NCBI GenBank assembly: GCA_026391355.1
Contig: JAPLDH010000033.1
Span: forward strand, 4,505-68,504
Reading direction: 5' to 3'
DNA length: 64,000 nt
From: Bacteroidota bacterium
Lineage (GTDB): Bacteria; Bacteroidota; Bacteroidia; Bacteroidales; FEN-979
The notes under the pieces: generated by a model
Seen by the model: the letters and a program-made list of their open reading frames with translations, nothing else
Database searches by the model: none
Told to the model about the DNA's origin: nothing
Part shown: positions 8,292 through 18,480 of the stretch, piece after piece
How positions within the stretch are numbered: position 1 is the stretch's first letter
Layout: every line of letters starts with the position of its first letter
Position numbers and translations under genes: made by a program

Positions 8292-9500
8292 ATGATTGTC
8301 AGATCCAGACCAAAATTCATTTCATACAGGATGTTCAATAACCTTCCATCCAAATCCATTGAAACGGGTGATAAATTATTTTTCAATTATGGCAGAAGCG
8401 CGTTGAAATTTTTTTTCTCTAATTACCGGGATTATTATCAAAAGAAACTCAAAATAGCACTGCAGTCCTTCAATTGCCCGGTAGTGATGGAGGCCATATT
8501 ACAATCAGGAAATATCCCGATACTAATGGATATCAACCTGAAGGATTTCTCGGTTCAATTACAGGAAATCTCCCGTGTCAGTGAAGTTCCGGATATACTC
8601 ATCCTGACCAGTTACCAGGGAATTCCGCCACAGGAGTACCGGGAAATTGCTGATTATTGCAGATCATCGGGTATCTTCCTGGTGGAAGACCTGTCACATA
8701 CAATCGGATCCGGGATAAATGGCATCATGACTGACACACTTTCAGATGCATCACTCTTTTCCTATGCAATTGACAAACCATTTTCCTGCTATTACGGAGG
8801 AATGTTGAATATTGAACGGATCCGGGATCCTAAGCTCAAAGGATACCTGATCCGGGAATATGAAAAAGTTTCCATTGAAAGCAGCGCCAAGACAGCATTT
8901 GATCTGAGAATGCTGAAAATATTATTACATTATACGGATCCTGCCAGGTATGATCCCGCTTTCGATATTTCATTTTTCTTTTATTTCCCTAAAATGGTAT
9001 TCATTTTCTCCCCCCTTATTTTGTATTTCCCTTTCTTCAGAAGGATTTTTATCGCGGCAGTTTCACGTACCTTCGGTTTTAAAGAGCCTGAATCGAAGAT
9101 CACTGTTCTTCGGCTCAGGAACAGGAAGGTCAATTTTATTCTACGGCAGGAAAATGAATTTCACTATGATAAACGGGAAATTGATGCGCTTGAAGAATTC
9201 CTTTTAAGTATTAAACTGCAACCTGTCCATTTTAAATCATGTGAAATTCACTGGAACAGATACTCGATTTTGGATCCGGATAATAACCTTCGGGAAGAGC
9301 TGAAAAAAATCGGTGTTCAGGCAGGAAATTATAACTGGCCGGTCCCGATGCACATCATGTATGCCGGTAATGAAAACATTGTCGTCAACAATGGAAATAG
9401 CTATCCCAACAGTGAATTTGCATGCGACCATATCGTCAATATTCCCGTTTGGTGTGATTTCTTCCAAAAAAGAATGAGTAACCGTCAGTATGGACAATAA
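8292..9500 (+). CDS. DegT/DnrJ/EryC1/StrS PLP-dependent aminotransferase family (divergent)
   Basis: YGRSAL, VEDLSHTIG, FSYAIDK...GG (PLP Lys), PNSEFACDHIVNIP. Confidence 0.8.
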   Translation: MIVRSRPKFISYRMFNNLPSKSIETGDKLFFNYGRSALKFFFSNYRDYYQKKLKIALQSFNCPVVMEAILQSGNIPILMDINLKDFSVQLQEISRVSEVPDILILTSYQGIPPQEYREIADYCRSSGIFLVEDLSHTIGSGINGIMTDTLSDASLFSYAIDKPFSCYYGGMLNIERIRDPKLKGYLIREYEKVSIESSAKTAFDLRMLKILLHYTDPARYDPAFDISFFFYFPKMVFIFSPLILYFPFFRRIFIAAVSRTFGFKEPESKITVLRLRNRKVNFILRQENEFHYDKREIDALEEFLLSIKLQPVHFKSCEIHWNRYSILDPDNNLREELKKIGVQAGNYNWPVPMHIMYAGNENIVVNNGNSYPNSEFACDHIVNIPVWCDFFQKRMSNRQYGQ

Positions 9501-10494
9501 GCAGAAATACCATCAGTTGTGCAATTCTGAACCGACAATCCCGGTTTTTTCAAAAGCCTGGTGGCTGGATACTGTCTGCGGGATTGATAATTGGGCTGTT
9601 CTGCTCTTTGAGAAAAATGATGAAATTCTGGGGGCTCTTCCCTTTACATGGGTAACAAATAACAGGTATAAACATATATCCCAGCCGTTGTTAACCCAGA
9701 ATAATGGTATATGGATTAAATATCCTGATCCACAGCCATATGGAAAACGCTTAAGCTACGAAAAGGAGGTCATGGGCTCCCTGATAACCCAGTTGGAATT
9801 GCTGGATATCTCAACCTACAGGCAGCGGTTTCATTATTCATTCACCAACTGGCTTCCTTTTTATTGGCAGGGATATTCTCAAACCACATTCTATACATAC
9901 GTAATTGATGATATCTCTGATCTCAGCCGTGTAGAAGAAAACTTTAGCTATGCGAAGAAGAAGAACATTTTGCGAGCAGAGAAAATCATTGAGGTAAAGT
10001 TTGATCTGAGCGCTGAAGAATTCTATAATAATCACAAAGCAACACTATTAAAGCAGGGTCAGGAGATCATTTACCGGTTCGAAGATTTTATAAGAATTTA
10101 TGATGCGGTTTATTCAAGGAATGCAGGCAGGACTATATATGGAACCGACCAGGATGGCAACCTGCACAGCGCCCTGTTCGTCATCTGGGATGAAATGAGC
10201 GGTTATGATCTGATCAGTACCATCGATCCTGATTTTCGGGATTCCGGGTCTGCTACCCTGCTGGTTCGTGAAATCATCCGTTTTCTGAATGGAAAGACAC
10301 AGAAGTTTGATTTTGAAGGCAGTATGATTGAAAATGTGGAGAACTCTTTTCGTCAGTTTGGCGCTGTTCAGAAACCCTATTTTCTGATCTCTAAAACTTT
10401 TTCTCCCCGGTTGAAAATGAAGGAGAATTTTAATGAATTCCGAGGTAACCTTAAACTTTGGTTAAATTCAAGAAAAAATTACAAATTCAGATAA
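9490..10494 (+). CDS. FemAB-like GNAT (putative aminoacyl-tRNA-dependent transferase, VimA-like)
   Basis: VFSKAWWLD, QPLLTQ, TTFYTYVI and FDFEGSMIENVENSFRQFGA motifs. Confidence 0.8.
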   Translation: MDNKQKYHQLCNSEPTIPVFSKAWWLDTVCGIDNWAVLLFEKNDEILGALPFTWVTNNRYKHISQPLLTQNNGIWIKYPDPQPYGKRLSYEKEVMGSLITQLELLDISTYRQRFHYSFTNWLPFYWQGYSQTTFYTYVIDDISDLSRVEENFSYAKKKNILRAEKIIEVKFDLSAEEFYNNHKATLLKQGQEIIYRFEDFIRIYDAVYSRNAGRTIYGTDQDGNLHSALFVIWDEMSGYDLISTIDPDFRDSGSATLLVREIIRFLNGKTQKFDFEGSMIENVENSFRQFGAVQKPYFLISKTFSPRLKMKENFNEFRGNLKLWLNSRKNYKFR

Positions 10495-10533
10495 ATATTT
10501 CCCGCCGGGAATATCAGAAACTTCATAAATAAA

Positions 10534-11841
10534 ATGATCCGGGTCAAACTACCACAAACTTTCCAGCCTGAGCGTCAGTATCTTCTTGAGGTAATCTTTA
10601 CGGAATTCCTGGGAATTGAATTCGTCCGTGAATATACGGAGTCATTTGATTATTCTATCCTCCTCGAAAACGGTAAAATATTGATCATCAAGGATTATTT
10701 TTTCTCCTCGTTAGAAGGGGTTTATCCTTCACAAAAAAATATTCCTGAAAAAGTTGAATACGTTACATTACCCTTTACAAGTGAGAAAGATCTCCCTCTA
10801 CTTTACGGAAACCCTGAATTGATTGAGGAATCAGATCAGATCATCTGCCATGTGGACATTTTTGCATCGGTATTTTTTATGCTGACGCGATGGGAAGAAT
10901 ATGTGGTTGCTGACCGTGATCATTTTAACCGCTTCCCTGCTGAAGCATCGCTTGCTGTAAAAAACAATTTTCTTTTACGGCCTATTGTCAACGAATATAT
11001 TGAATTCCTGTGGAACCTATTGATTCATTTGGGAATCAATGACCAAAGAAAAGTTTCACAATTCAGGATTGTTCCAACTCATGATATAGATATTATCCAT
11101 TACAGGTATTCAATGCTCAGGTTAATCAATGACATTGCAAAACGAAAGAATGCCGGTATTATCGCAAAAAGAATCAAATACCGCATTACCAATCCTTTTA
11201 ACAGCTTCGGGTTCATTATGGACCTGAGTGAAAGAAACGGGTTAACCTCCCACTTCTATTTCATGAGCGGAGGAGAATCGGAATATGAAGGCTTTTACAA
11301 TGTCACCGGTAAAAAGGCAGGATCGATATTTCAGATGATCAGAAAACGCAACCATACCATCGGATTTCATCCCAGCCATAATACATACAACCAGAAACAA
11401 CTTTTCCTGAAGGAGAAGAATATGCTTCAGGAGTCGGTAAATTTAGCGATCACGGAAGGGCGCCAGCATAATCTCAGGTTTGAGGTTCCTGGTACCTGGC
11501 AAATATGGGAGGAGTGTAGTATGCATACGGATTCGTCGATGGGTTATCCGGAATCAGACGGGTTCAGGTGCGGAACCGGAAATGTGTTCAGTGTTTTCAA
11601 TTATTTAACACGAAAAAAGTTGTCCCTGAAAGAAAGGCCGCTGATTTTCATGGACAGTACATTCCAACTCTACAGGAAACTTCCCATAACCGAAGTAAAA
11701 CCAATTGCAGATTACTATAAATCCGTATGCAGGAAATACAAAATGCCATTTACCCTCCTGTTTCATAATACCTCTTTTGAGGATATTTTCTGGAATGGAT
11801 CGAAAACAATTTATACGAATATTCTTGAAACTGAGAAATAA
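10534..11841 (+). CDS. Polysaccharide deacetylase with extended N-terminal domain (VimE-like)
   Basis: DIFAS.FFMLTRWEEY, THDID, GFHPS, RQHNLR, DSSMGY, GFRCGT, LLFHN. Confidence 0.8.
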   Translation: MIRVKLPQTFQPERQYLLEVIFTEFLGIEFVREYTESFDYSILLENGKILIIKDYFFSSLEGVYPSQKNIPEKVEYVTLPFTSEKDLPLLYGNPELIEESDQIICHVDIFASVFFMLTRWEEYVVADRDHFNRFPAEASLAVKNNFLLRPIVNEYIEFLWNLLIHLGINDQRKVSQFRIVPTHDIDIIHYRYSMLRLINDIAKRKNAGIIAKRIKYRITNPFNSFGFIMDLSERNGLTSHFYFMSGGESEYEGFYNVTGKKAGSIFQMIRKRNHTIGFHPSHNTYNQKQLFLKEKNMLQESVNLAITEGRQHNLRFEVPGTWQIWEECSMHTDSSMGYPESDGFRCGTGNVFSVFNYLTRKKLSLKERPLIFMDSTFQLYRKLPITEVKPIADYYKSVCRKYKMPFTLLFHNTSFEDIFWNGSKTIYTNILETEK

Positions 11842-11856
11842 GAAAAACATATTCTG

Positions 11857-13347
11857 ATGGGGCAGTTAAAAACTATAAAAAGCTACTCAAAAGACACAGT
11901 TGTTTACGGACTGGGGTTTGGTCTTCAAAAATTTGTCGGGTTTCTCCTGTTACCGTTATATACCCGTGCATTAAACCCCAGTGACTATGGAATCATCGAT
12001 ACCATCACTGCCGGTTTGCTACTTTTTACGATCATTATTCAGGCTGGTTTAACCAATGCCTCGTCACTCTATTTCTACAAGGCCGGATCGGAGGAAGAAA
12101 AAGGCAAGCTTCTGTTTACACTCTTGGTTCTCCGCCTTTTATCGGTTATTCCTTCACTCATAATCAGCATATTTTCAAGACAGATCTCCATATCCCTGTT
12201 TGATACTGACAAGTACACCTGGATGGTTTTTATTTCCTGTATGCTCATTCCCATTTCGCTCCTCAATGACGAACAGATATGGATCTTCCGGTTTTACAGG
12301 AAACCCTGGCGATACAACCTGGGGACGGTAATTAAAACGGTCGGAAATGTTTTCTGGGGACTTTTACTGGTGGTTTTTCTGCGGCAGGGAGTATGGGGAG
12401 TTCAGATGGCTACATTTCTCAGCAGTTTCATGGTCATTATTTATACATTTTTTTCTTTTTCAAGGAAAAGGTATGTTTATAAATTCAGCAAGTACTGGGC
12501 GAAGACCCTCCTTAAATTTGGCGCTCCTTTCATTTTATCCCTGGCAGTCTCATGGGTCTTCTCCTCCGCCGACCGGTATTTTCTGCTCCATTACCAGAAT
12601 ACAACAGAGATTGGCCTTTATTCAATTGGGTACACCTTCGCACGCCCGATGCAGTTGATCAACATGGCTTTTGGAATGAGCTTCCTCCCCTTCTTCATGT
12701 CGTTATGGGAAAAAGAAAGCGATACAGATAAAACTGCAACAAAGAAAGCGGCAAAGGGTATCTGGTACATGTACCTGGTGCTGACCTGTGTACTTGGGTT
12801 ATTTCTTTCGATCTTCATCGCACAGATCCTTCCCTTTGTCACCACCCCGCAGTATATAATGGGCGCAGCTGCAGTACCGCTTCTTATTTTTTCGGGTATT
12901 GTACGTCAAAGTACAGATATGAATAGCCCTGGCATAGGTCTGCGGGAAAAACCTTTGCATTATGTGTGGATGACCATCGTCGTGTCTATTGTAAGCCTTG
13001 GTATGAACTTCTTGCTGATTCCCAGAATAAGCTTCCTTGGTGCTTCCATCAGTAACCTTGTTTCGAACATCGTTTATTTTATCCTCGCGGTTACCGTTTC
13101 ACAGCATTATTTTAAATATGACCTGCAGATCTTCCGCGCTGGGTTCTATTTCCTGGTAAATTTCGCCCTTGCAGCCGTATTCCCGATTGCTGAGTTGAAA
13201 TTCAACATTCATTTCCCGATACTTCTCAAGGTAAGTGTCTATTTTATCGGTCTTCTACTTCCCTTTATTTTTGGTGTCATAAAAATTTCAGATTTAAGGT
13301 TAATAATTACTGCAATTAAAAACAGAAAAAATGAGATCCCCGCATAA
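11857..13347 (+). CDS. wzx: Wzx oligosaccharide flippase
   Basis: Many TM segments; LLPLYTRAL.PSDYG, DRYFL, EIGLYS. Confidence 0.9.
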   Translation: MGQLKTIKSYSKDTVVYGLGFGLQKFVGFLLLPLYTRALNPSDYGIIDTITAGLLLFTIIIQAGLTNASSLYFYKAGSEEEKGKLLFTLLVLRLLSVIPSLIISIFSRQISISLFDTDKYTWMVFISCMLIPISLLNDEQIWIFRFYRKPWRYNLGTVIKTVGNVFWGLLLVVFLRQGVWGVQMATFLSSFMVIIYTFFSFSRKRYVYKFSKYWAKTLLKFGAPFILSLAVSWVFSSADRYFLLHYQNTTEIGLYSIGYTFARPMQLINMAFGMSFLPFFMSLWEKESDTDKTATKKAAKGIWYMYLVLTCVLGLFLSIFIAQILPFVTTPQYIMGAAAVPLLIFSGIVRQSTDMNSPGIGLREKPLHYVWMTIVVSIVSLGMNFLLIPRISFLGASISNLVSNIVYFILAVTVSQHYFKYDLQIFRAGFYFLVNFALAAVFPIAELKFNIHFPILLKVSVYFIGLLLPFIFGVIKISDLRLIITAIKNRKNEIPA

Positions 13348-13972
13348 GGAAAAAATTCTTGTATTGGCACCACATACAGATGACGGAGAGTTGGGATGTG
13401 GCGGCAGCATGCATAAATTCATCAATCAGGGGGATGATGTTTATTATGCCGTTTTTTCTCTTGCCGAGGAATCTGTTCCGGACGGTTGGCCAAAAGATAT
13501 CCTTCGAAAAGAGGTTTCTCATGCTACCCAAACCATCGGAATTCCGCCTGATAACCTGTTGATCTTTAAATACCCGGTCAGGAAGTTTTCCCAGTTTCGC
13601 CAGGAAATCCTTGAGGATATGGTCAGGCTCAACCAGAACCTCAAACCCGATGTTGTATATATGCCTTCCCAGTTTGATCTCCACCAGGACCATACGGTAA
13701 TTGCAAACGAGGGATTACGCGCTTTCCGGAACTGTACCATTATCGGGTATGAATTGCCCTGGAACAACATACAATTTGAGCACAACCTGTTCGTCATCCT
13801 TTCAAAGAAAGAAATCGATAAGAAAATGGAAGCTCTTCGCTGTTATCAATCCCAGACTGGAAAAATCTATTTTAAAGAAGAATTTATTAAAGGCCTGGCA
13901 ACTTCAAGAGGTGTCCAGGTTTCATCAGAATTTGCAGAAGCCTTTAAAGTGATCCGCTGGATTATCCGGTAA
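13331..13972 (+). CDS. PIG-L/LmbE family N-acetylsugar deacetylase
   Basis: APHTDDGELGCGG, DLHQDH and CYQSQ motifs. Confidence 0.92.
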   Translation: MRSPHKEKILVLAPHTDDGELGCGGSMHKFINQGDDVYYAVFSLAEESVPDGWPKDILRKEVSHATQTIGIPPDNLLIFKYPVRKFSQFRQEILEDMVRLNQNLKPDVVYMPSQFDLHQDHTVIANEGLRAFRNCTIIGYELPWNNIQFEHNLFVILSKKEIDKKMEALRCYQSQTGKIYFKEEFIKGLATSRGVQVSSEFAEAFKVIRWIIR

Positions 13973-13984
13973 TAAAACTGATCC

Positions 13985-14674
13985 ATGAGCATTGTTGCTA
14001 TCCATCAACCTAACTTTTTACCCTTTTATGGCTATTTTTCAAAAATTGCCGGTTGTGATCAGTTTGTGTTTCTGGATGATGTTCAGTATGAAAAGGGGAG
14101 TTACACAAACAGGGTAAAGATTTTTGACCGTTCGAAGAATGAAGGCGCCTGGCTGACCTGTCAATTGTCCAATTTCAGGTTTGGCCAGAATATAGATGAG
14201 GTACTTATTGAGCCTTCCTTTCAATGGAAAACCAAACACCTGAAGTCATTGCAGTTGAATTATAAAAAAGCAAGGTACTTTGATCAGATTTTCGGTCTCC
14301 TTGAAAAAGTTTACCGGAAAGAACATTCCCGGCTTGTTGATTTTAATCTTGATCTCCTATTTTGTATTTCGGATTATTTGGGGGTTCCCCGGTCAAAGTT
14401 TCACCGTTCCTCTGAATTCCATCTTTCCAGCAAATCAAATCAACGGCTGATAGAGATCTGCAAATTACTTGGATGTGATACTTATCTGCACGGAAAGGGA
14501 GCAGTAAAATATCATGACCCACATCTCTTTGAAGAGCATGATATCCGGCTGACGCCAGTTGATCATAATATTGTTTATTCCCAGTTCGGGGAGGGATTTA
14601 TCCCCTATCTTTCGGTGATCGACCTGTTATTCCATCATGGAAAGGAATCTATTCAAATCCTTAAAGTTAAATAA
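13985..14674 (+). CDS. WbqC-family protein (putative glycyl transferase)
   Basis: IHQPNFLP..GYF, DDVQY, TNRVKI and LSVIDLLF motifs. Confidence 0.9.
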   Translation: MSIVAIHQPNFLPFYGYFSKIAGCDQFVFLDDVQYEKGSYTNRVKIFDRSKNEGAWLTCQLSNFRFGQNIDEVLIEPSFQWKTKHLKSLQLNYKKARYFDQIFGLLEKVYRKEHSRLVDFNLDLLFCISDYLGVPRSKFHRSSEFHLSSKSNQRLIEICKLLGCDTYLHGKGAVKYHDPHLFEEHDIRLTPVDHNIVYSQFGEGFIPYLSVIDLLFHHGKESIQILKVK

Positions 14675-14689
14675 TTAAAAAGAAAACCT

Positions 14690-15355
14690 ATGTCAACTAT
14701 TTTACGAGATGCAACTACTGATCTTCAAAAGAATGATCAACCTGAAACAGTATTAACAAGAGATATTTTCCGGTTTAAATATGTCTCAAAGTTATTTATC
14801 AAGGGAAACTTGTTAGATGTGGGATGTAGGACAGGAGTCTTAAGTAGTTACCTTGACAAGAGTATAGAATATTGTGGTTGTGATATGTTTGAACAATATC
14901 AAAAATTCGTTAAGAATTTTTATTTATTCAATATTGAGGCTGGTCCATGGCCTATTAAAGATAATTCTTTTGACAATATTCATATTGGCGAGGTATTGGA
15001 ACATGTTTCGAATTTCTTTTTTGTTTTTGAAGAGATGTCCCGTATTCTGAAACCTGGAGGACGTATAATATTAACAGTTCCAAATAATTTTGGACTTATT
15101 CAATCCATTAAAATAATAAATTTTAAAAATTATCAAAGAAGGATGTTGGATATTAAACTAGTTGAAAATGCAGGTACACATATTCATTGCTTCTATGAGG
15201 CTGATTTATTAAAGATAAGTCAATTGCTGAATTTAAAACCAATCATTTGTGACAGAATTTATATCAACATCAGAGGAATAAAGCTTCCTGAATGGTATAT
15301 ATTTAAACCTTTTGCAACTTTTATTTCTTATGGGATGGAAAAATATAAACAATAG
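14690..15355 (+). CDS. Class I SAM-dependent methyltransferase
   Basis: LLDVGC, EVLEHV, RILKPGG...VPN. Confidence 0.88.
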   Translation: MSTILRDATTDLQKNDQPETVLTRDIFRFKYVSKLFIKGNLLDVGCRTGVLSSYLDKSIEYCGCDMFEQYQKFVKNFYLFNIEAGPWPIKDNSFDNIHIGEVLEHVSNFFFVFEEMSRILKPGGRIILTVPNNFGLIQSIKIINFKNYQRRMLDIKLVENAGTHIHCFYEADLLKISQLLNLKPIICDRIYINIRGIKLPEWYIFKPFATFISYGMEKYKQ

Positions 15356-15361
15356 TGCTGA

Positions 15362-16540
15362 ATGATTAAGGTAATCTACATAGAATATCATGCTAAAAAT
15401 GACGGGTATTTTCCACCAATGGAAATGTACCCCAATTTTTTTACTTACGGTTTTGCAGGTTTCCTGGGAAGACAGTTCAAACGTTTTTATCCTGATTCTG
15501 ATGTAGAGGTATGGAGGTTGGATTCTACCATAGATGAATATATGGAAGCATGGGTAGAGAATGTATGGTTCAGAATCTTTCCCGCTTTTGGAAATGGTCA
15601 TACCGGTCTTTATTCCCGGGCATTCACAAAGCGATTGAGAGCACTACCACCCAAAACAATCCTCAATGTTCAATGGATCCACCATCCTCTTCTCTACTCT
15701 GTATTATTGCTTGCTCCAAGGAACCTGATTATAACCGCGTTTCATCATGGAGACTGGTCTCCCTATTTTGCCTGTAATTACCTGAAAGGATTAAGAAGAA
15801 TAAAACGCTTTTGTTATATCATAGTTGAACATTTACTTATTAACCGGACGGATTTCTTCTTTCTCCTTGACAAACGTGATATTCCATGGCTGAAACGAAC
15901 CTACCGCAACCTTGAAGGACATTACACGATCCAGCCTACCGGAATTGATTTTAATAAATATAAGGGAATTCCTCGTGACCAGGCAAGGAAAGAGCTGGGT
16001 CTTGAAACCGATAAAAAATACATGTTCTATCTCGGACAGTATTATAATTACAAGGAGGTTGACCGGTTATGCGAGATCTATAAAAAAGTAAGGGAGAAAG
16101 ATCCGGATGTCAGGTTAATGGTTGCAGGAGGCTCTCCAAAAGACATGTATTATGAGAACATCGTGGAATGCGGCGCCATAGATTTCGGACGTCGATTGCA
16201 AACCGATCTCTTTAAATTCTATTCTGCCGCTGATGTTTATGTGATGGTTGCCTTTCGTGACGACATGTTTGGCGGGATCGGGCAGGCTCCCCTTGAAGCA
16301 CTCGCCTGCGGAACTCCGGTAGTCTCCAATTCGATCCGCAATATGCCCGATGAGATCATTGACTCAGTAGGAAAATGCCCCGGAAATGAAGAAGAAATGA
16401 TAGAGGATATTCTTTATGTAATAAACCACCGGGAAAGATTTATCAATTGTAACAAGATAACAAAGGCAGTTTTTGATGTTTCTGTTCTCCAGGAAAAAAT
16501 GTTCGGTATATATACAAACCTGTTAACAGAAAGATCATGA
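15362..16540 (+). CDS. Glycosyltransferase family 4
   Basis: YSAADVYV, EALACGTPVV. Confidence 0.88.
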   Translation: MIKVIYIEYHAKNDGYFPPMEMYPNFFTYGFAGFLGRQFKRFYPDSDVEVWRLDSTIDEYMEAWVENVWFRIFPAFGNGHTGLYSRAFTKRLRALPPKTILNVQWIHHPLLYSVLLLAPRNLIITAFHHGDWSPYFACNYLKGLRRIKRFCYIIVEHLLINRTDFFFLLDKRDIPWLKRTYRNLEGHYTIQPTGIDFNKYKGIPRDQARKELGLETDKKYMFYLGQYYNYKEVDRLCEIYKKVREKDPDVRLMVAGGSPKDMYYENIVECGAIDFGRRLQTDLFKFYSAADVYVMVAFRDDMFGGIGQAPLEALACGTPVVSNSIRNMPDEIIDSVGKCPGNEEEMIEDILYVINHRERFINCNKITKAVFDVSVLQEKMFGIYTNLLTERS

Positions 16541-16971
16541 TCCGGATCTGTCAGCTCACAAAACTGGAACTGGATCGGATGCTTCCACTATTCCTCGAAC
16601 AAACCCGTGGTTTTGAATATAATAACTGGACCAGAGAGAATTTTCTTTCCGACCTGCCTGATAAATGGCTTTTGAGTATTTTCGCAGAATCAGACCGAAA
16701 GACTGCCGGATTTTCAATAAACTCCCATAAAGAGGATGCTTTGCATATACATTATTTCTTTGTATTTAAAGAATACAGAAAGCTATTTCTCGGAAACAAA
16801 ATGCTGGATCATTGCGTTAAAATTGCTAAAGAGAACGATCTTTCCCGACTCACTTTAAAATGTAATTTTGAAAATTATAAAGCAGTTAACTTTTACTTCA
16901 GGAATGGCTTTCATATCGAAGACATGATCCCGGATAAAAAGTTATATCTCATGGTCAGGAATATAGGATAA
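16537..16971 (+). CDS. Small GNAT N-acetyltransferase
   Basis: V.KEYRKLFLG and N.KAVNFY.RNGF; ATGA overlap with the upstream GT. Confidence 0.82.
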   Translation: MIRICQLTKLELDRMLPLFLEQTRGFEYNNWTRENFLSDLPDKWLLSIFAESDRKTAGFSINSHKEDALHIHYFFVFKEYRKLFLGNKMLDHCVKIAKENDLSRLTLKCNFENYKAVNFYFRNGFHIEDMIPDKKLYLMVRNIG

Positions 16972-17007
16972 TCACTGGTAAAAATACAATTCATATATCC
17001 CTAATTT

Positions 17008-17035
17008 CGTCACGCGTTACGCGTTACGCGTAACG
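17008..17035. repeat. Four tandem palindromic heptamers CGTNACG
   Basis: CGTCACG CGTTACG CGTTACG CGTAACG, read directly. Confidence 0.85.
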
Positions 17036-17066
17036 ACTCAGGCGGTCGGGACAAAATAATAATGAC

Positions 17067-18470
17067 ATGTTAGGATTCGGCATATTTGTACTTCCTATCC
17101 TGCTAATATTAGCAATTGAATATCCTGTGTTTTTTTTCATGCTGTGTTTGACTATTATGACCAATATCGGAGGATATTTTGATGCAATTTTTGTATTCGG
17201 AAGGATTACGCTGCAGGATGCCGCTTTCATCCTCAGTTTCATGATCCTGTTTTCAAGCAAGGTACATGCAAGCCGGATATTCTCAGACAAAGGATTCAGA
17301 AGGCTATTTTATTACCTCGTCGGAATTGCTTTATATTCCATCATTGCTGCTTTGTTTGTAATTTCCGGAAATGAGCTCTCTTTTTCATTCTATGCCCTGT
17401 TGAACTGGCGATGGGAGTTCTTCGGCTTCCTCTCTATCATTCCGGGATATCTTGTAGCTGAGAATCCTAAACTGATCGTCCGGTCAAGTATATTCGTTTC
17501 GTTGCTTATACTTGTATTGTTTTTTCTGACAATCACGACAAAACTGGATTTAATACCAACAGAAGAACTCAGCAGGGATATACAAGGTGTAAATGTGGAA
17601 AGAATAACCTTTGCAGGCCATATGTCATATCTTATCCTTATTATCTGGATTGGCTTCTTTATGCTGGTCATGAATATTAAAATGAACAATAAACTAATTA
17701 TTTTACTTATTGCCTCTTTTATGCTGATATCCCAGATGCTTTCCCTGGGAAGGGGAATCAATATCTTTCTTATCGGAAGTTTGTTTGCGGCTTTAATTTA
17801 TATCAGAAAATACTTTCATCTTCAGATTTACAAATTAGTAAGAAATATGGCCGTTTTCTTTGCCCTTACCATGGTACTGCTGTTTTTTATTTTTCCTGAT
17901 TACCTGACCGGGTATTACCAGACTTTTTTTCAGTCATTCCTTGAATTGATCGGGATAGTTCCGTCAGGAACCACCCAGAGCCGTTCTTCATACGAATTGG
18001 TCAACCAACTCCCCCTCATCCGCGAGAATCCGTTATTCGGAACAGGCATAACACCAAGGTGGTTCGAAAATGAAGAATTTTCAGGAAATATCTCCGACTT
18101 ACCCATTGTCACGATACTGGCCATGTTCGGTTTTATCGGAACCATCATCTATTTTTATTCATATTACATGATCTTTAAAAGAATGAAGCAATTCTATAAA
18201 CAAACGGGGAATTATTTCAGGAACTTTTTAATGACAAATAAATATGATGTCCTGTTATTACTTTGTCTGTTCGTTTATTTCTTCTCCATGGTCTACTTCA
18301 GACTCTTTAATACAGGTGTTGAATTCATTGCAGATTATTCCAAGATTGAATTCTACTTCTTTATAGGACTGATGTATGGAGTAATGCGCAAATTGGAAAT
18401 TCTGTCGACAAAAAAAATTGGACCATCTTTACAGGAGGCTTCATTGACAAATATTGAATCAAACAACTAA
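17067..18470 (+). CDS. Wzy polymerase / O-antigen ligase family membrane protein
   Basis: About 12 TM segments; SLGRG and TTQSR...ENPLFGTG...LAMFGFIG (Wzy_C-like). Confidence 0.78.
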   Translation: MLGFGIFVLPILLILAIEYPVFFFMLCLTIMTNIGGYFDAIFVFGRITLQDAAFILSFMILFSSKVHASRIFSDKGFRRLFYYLVGIALYSIIAALFVISGNELSFSFYALLNWRWEFFGFLSIIPGYLVAENPKLIVRSSIFVSLLILVLFFLTITTKLDLIPTEELSRDIQGVNVERITFAGHMSYLILIIWIGFFMLVMNIKMNNKLIILLIASFMLISQMLSLGRGINIFLIGSLFAALIYIRKYFHLQIYKLVRNMAVFFALTMVLLFFIFPDYLTGYYQTFFQSFLELIGIVPSGTTQSRSSYELVNQLPLIRENPLFGTGITPRWFENEEFSGNISDLPIVTILAMFGFIGTIIYFYSYYMIFKRMKQFYKQTGNYFRNFLMTNKYDVLLLLCLFVYFFSMVYFRLFNTGVEFIADYSKIEFYFFIGLMYGVMRKLEILSTKKIGPSLQEASLTNIESNN

Positions 18471-18480
18471 CAATACAATT

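Noticed and set aside
9490-10494. FemAB-like genes as methicillin resistance or peptidoglycan bridge enzymes
   Set aside because: The host is Gram-negative and the genes sit in a glycan locus; the label reflects fold only.
10495-10515. Small hairpin (TTCCC-GCC-GGGAA) between the FemAB and deacetylase genes
   Set aside because: The stem is short and bulged, with no U tract; too weak to call.
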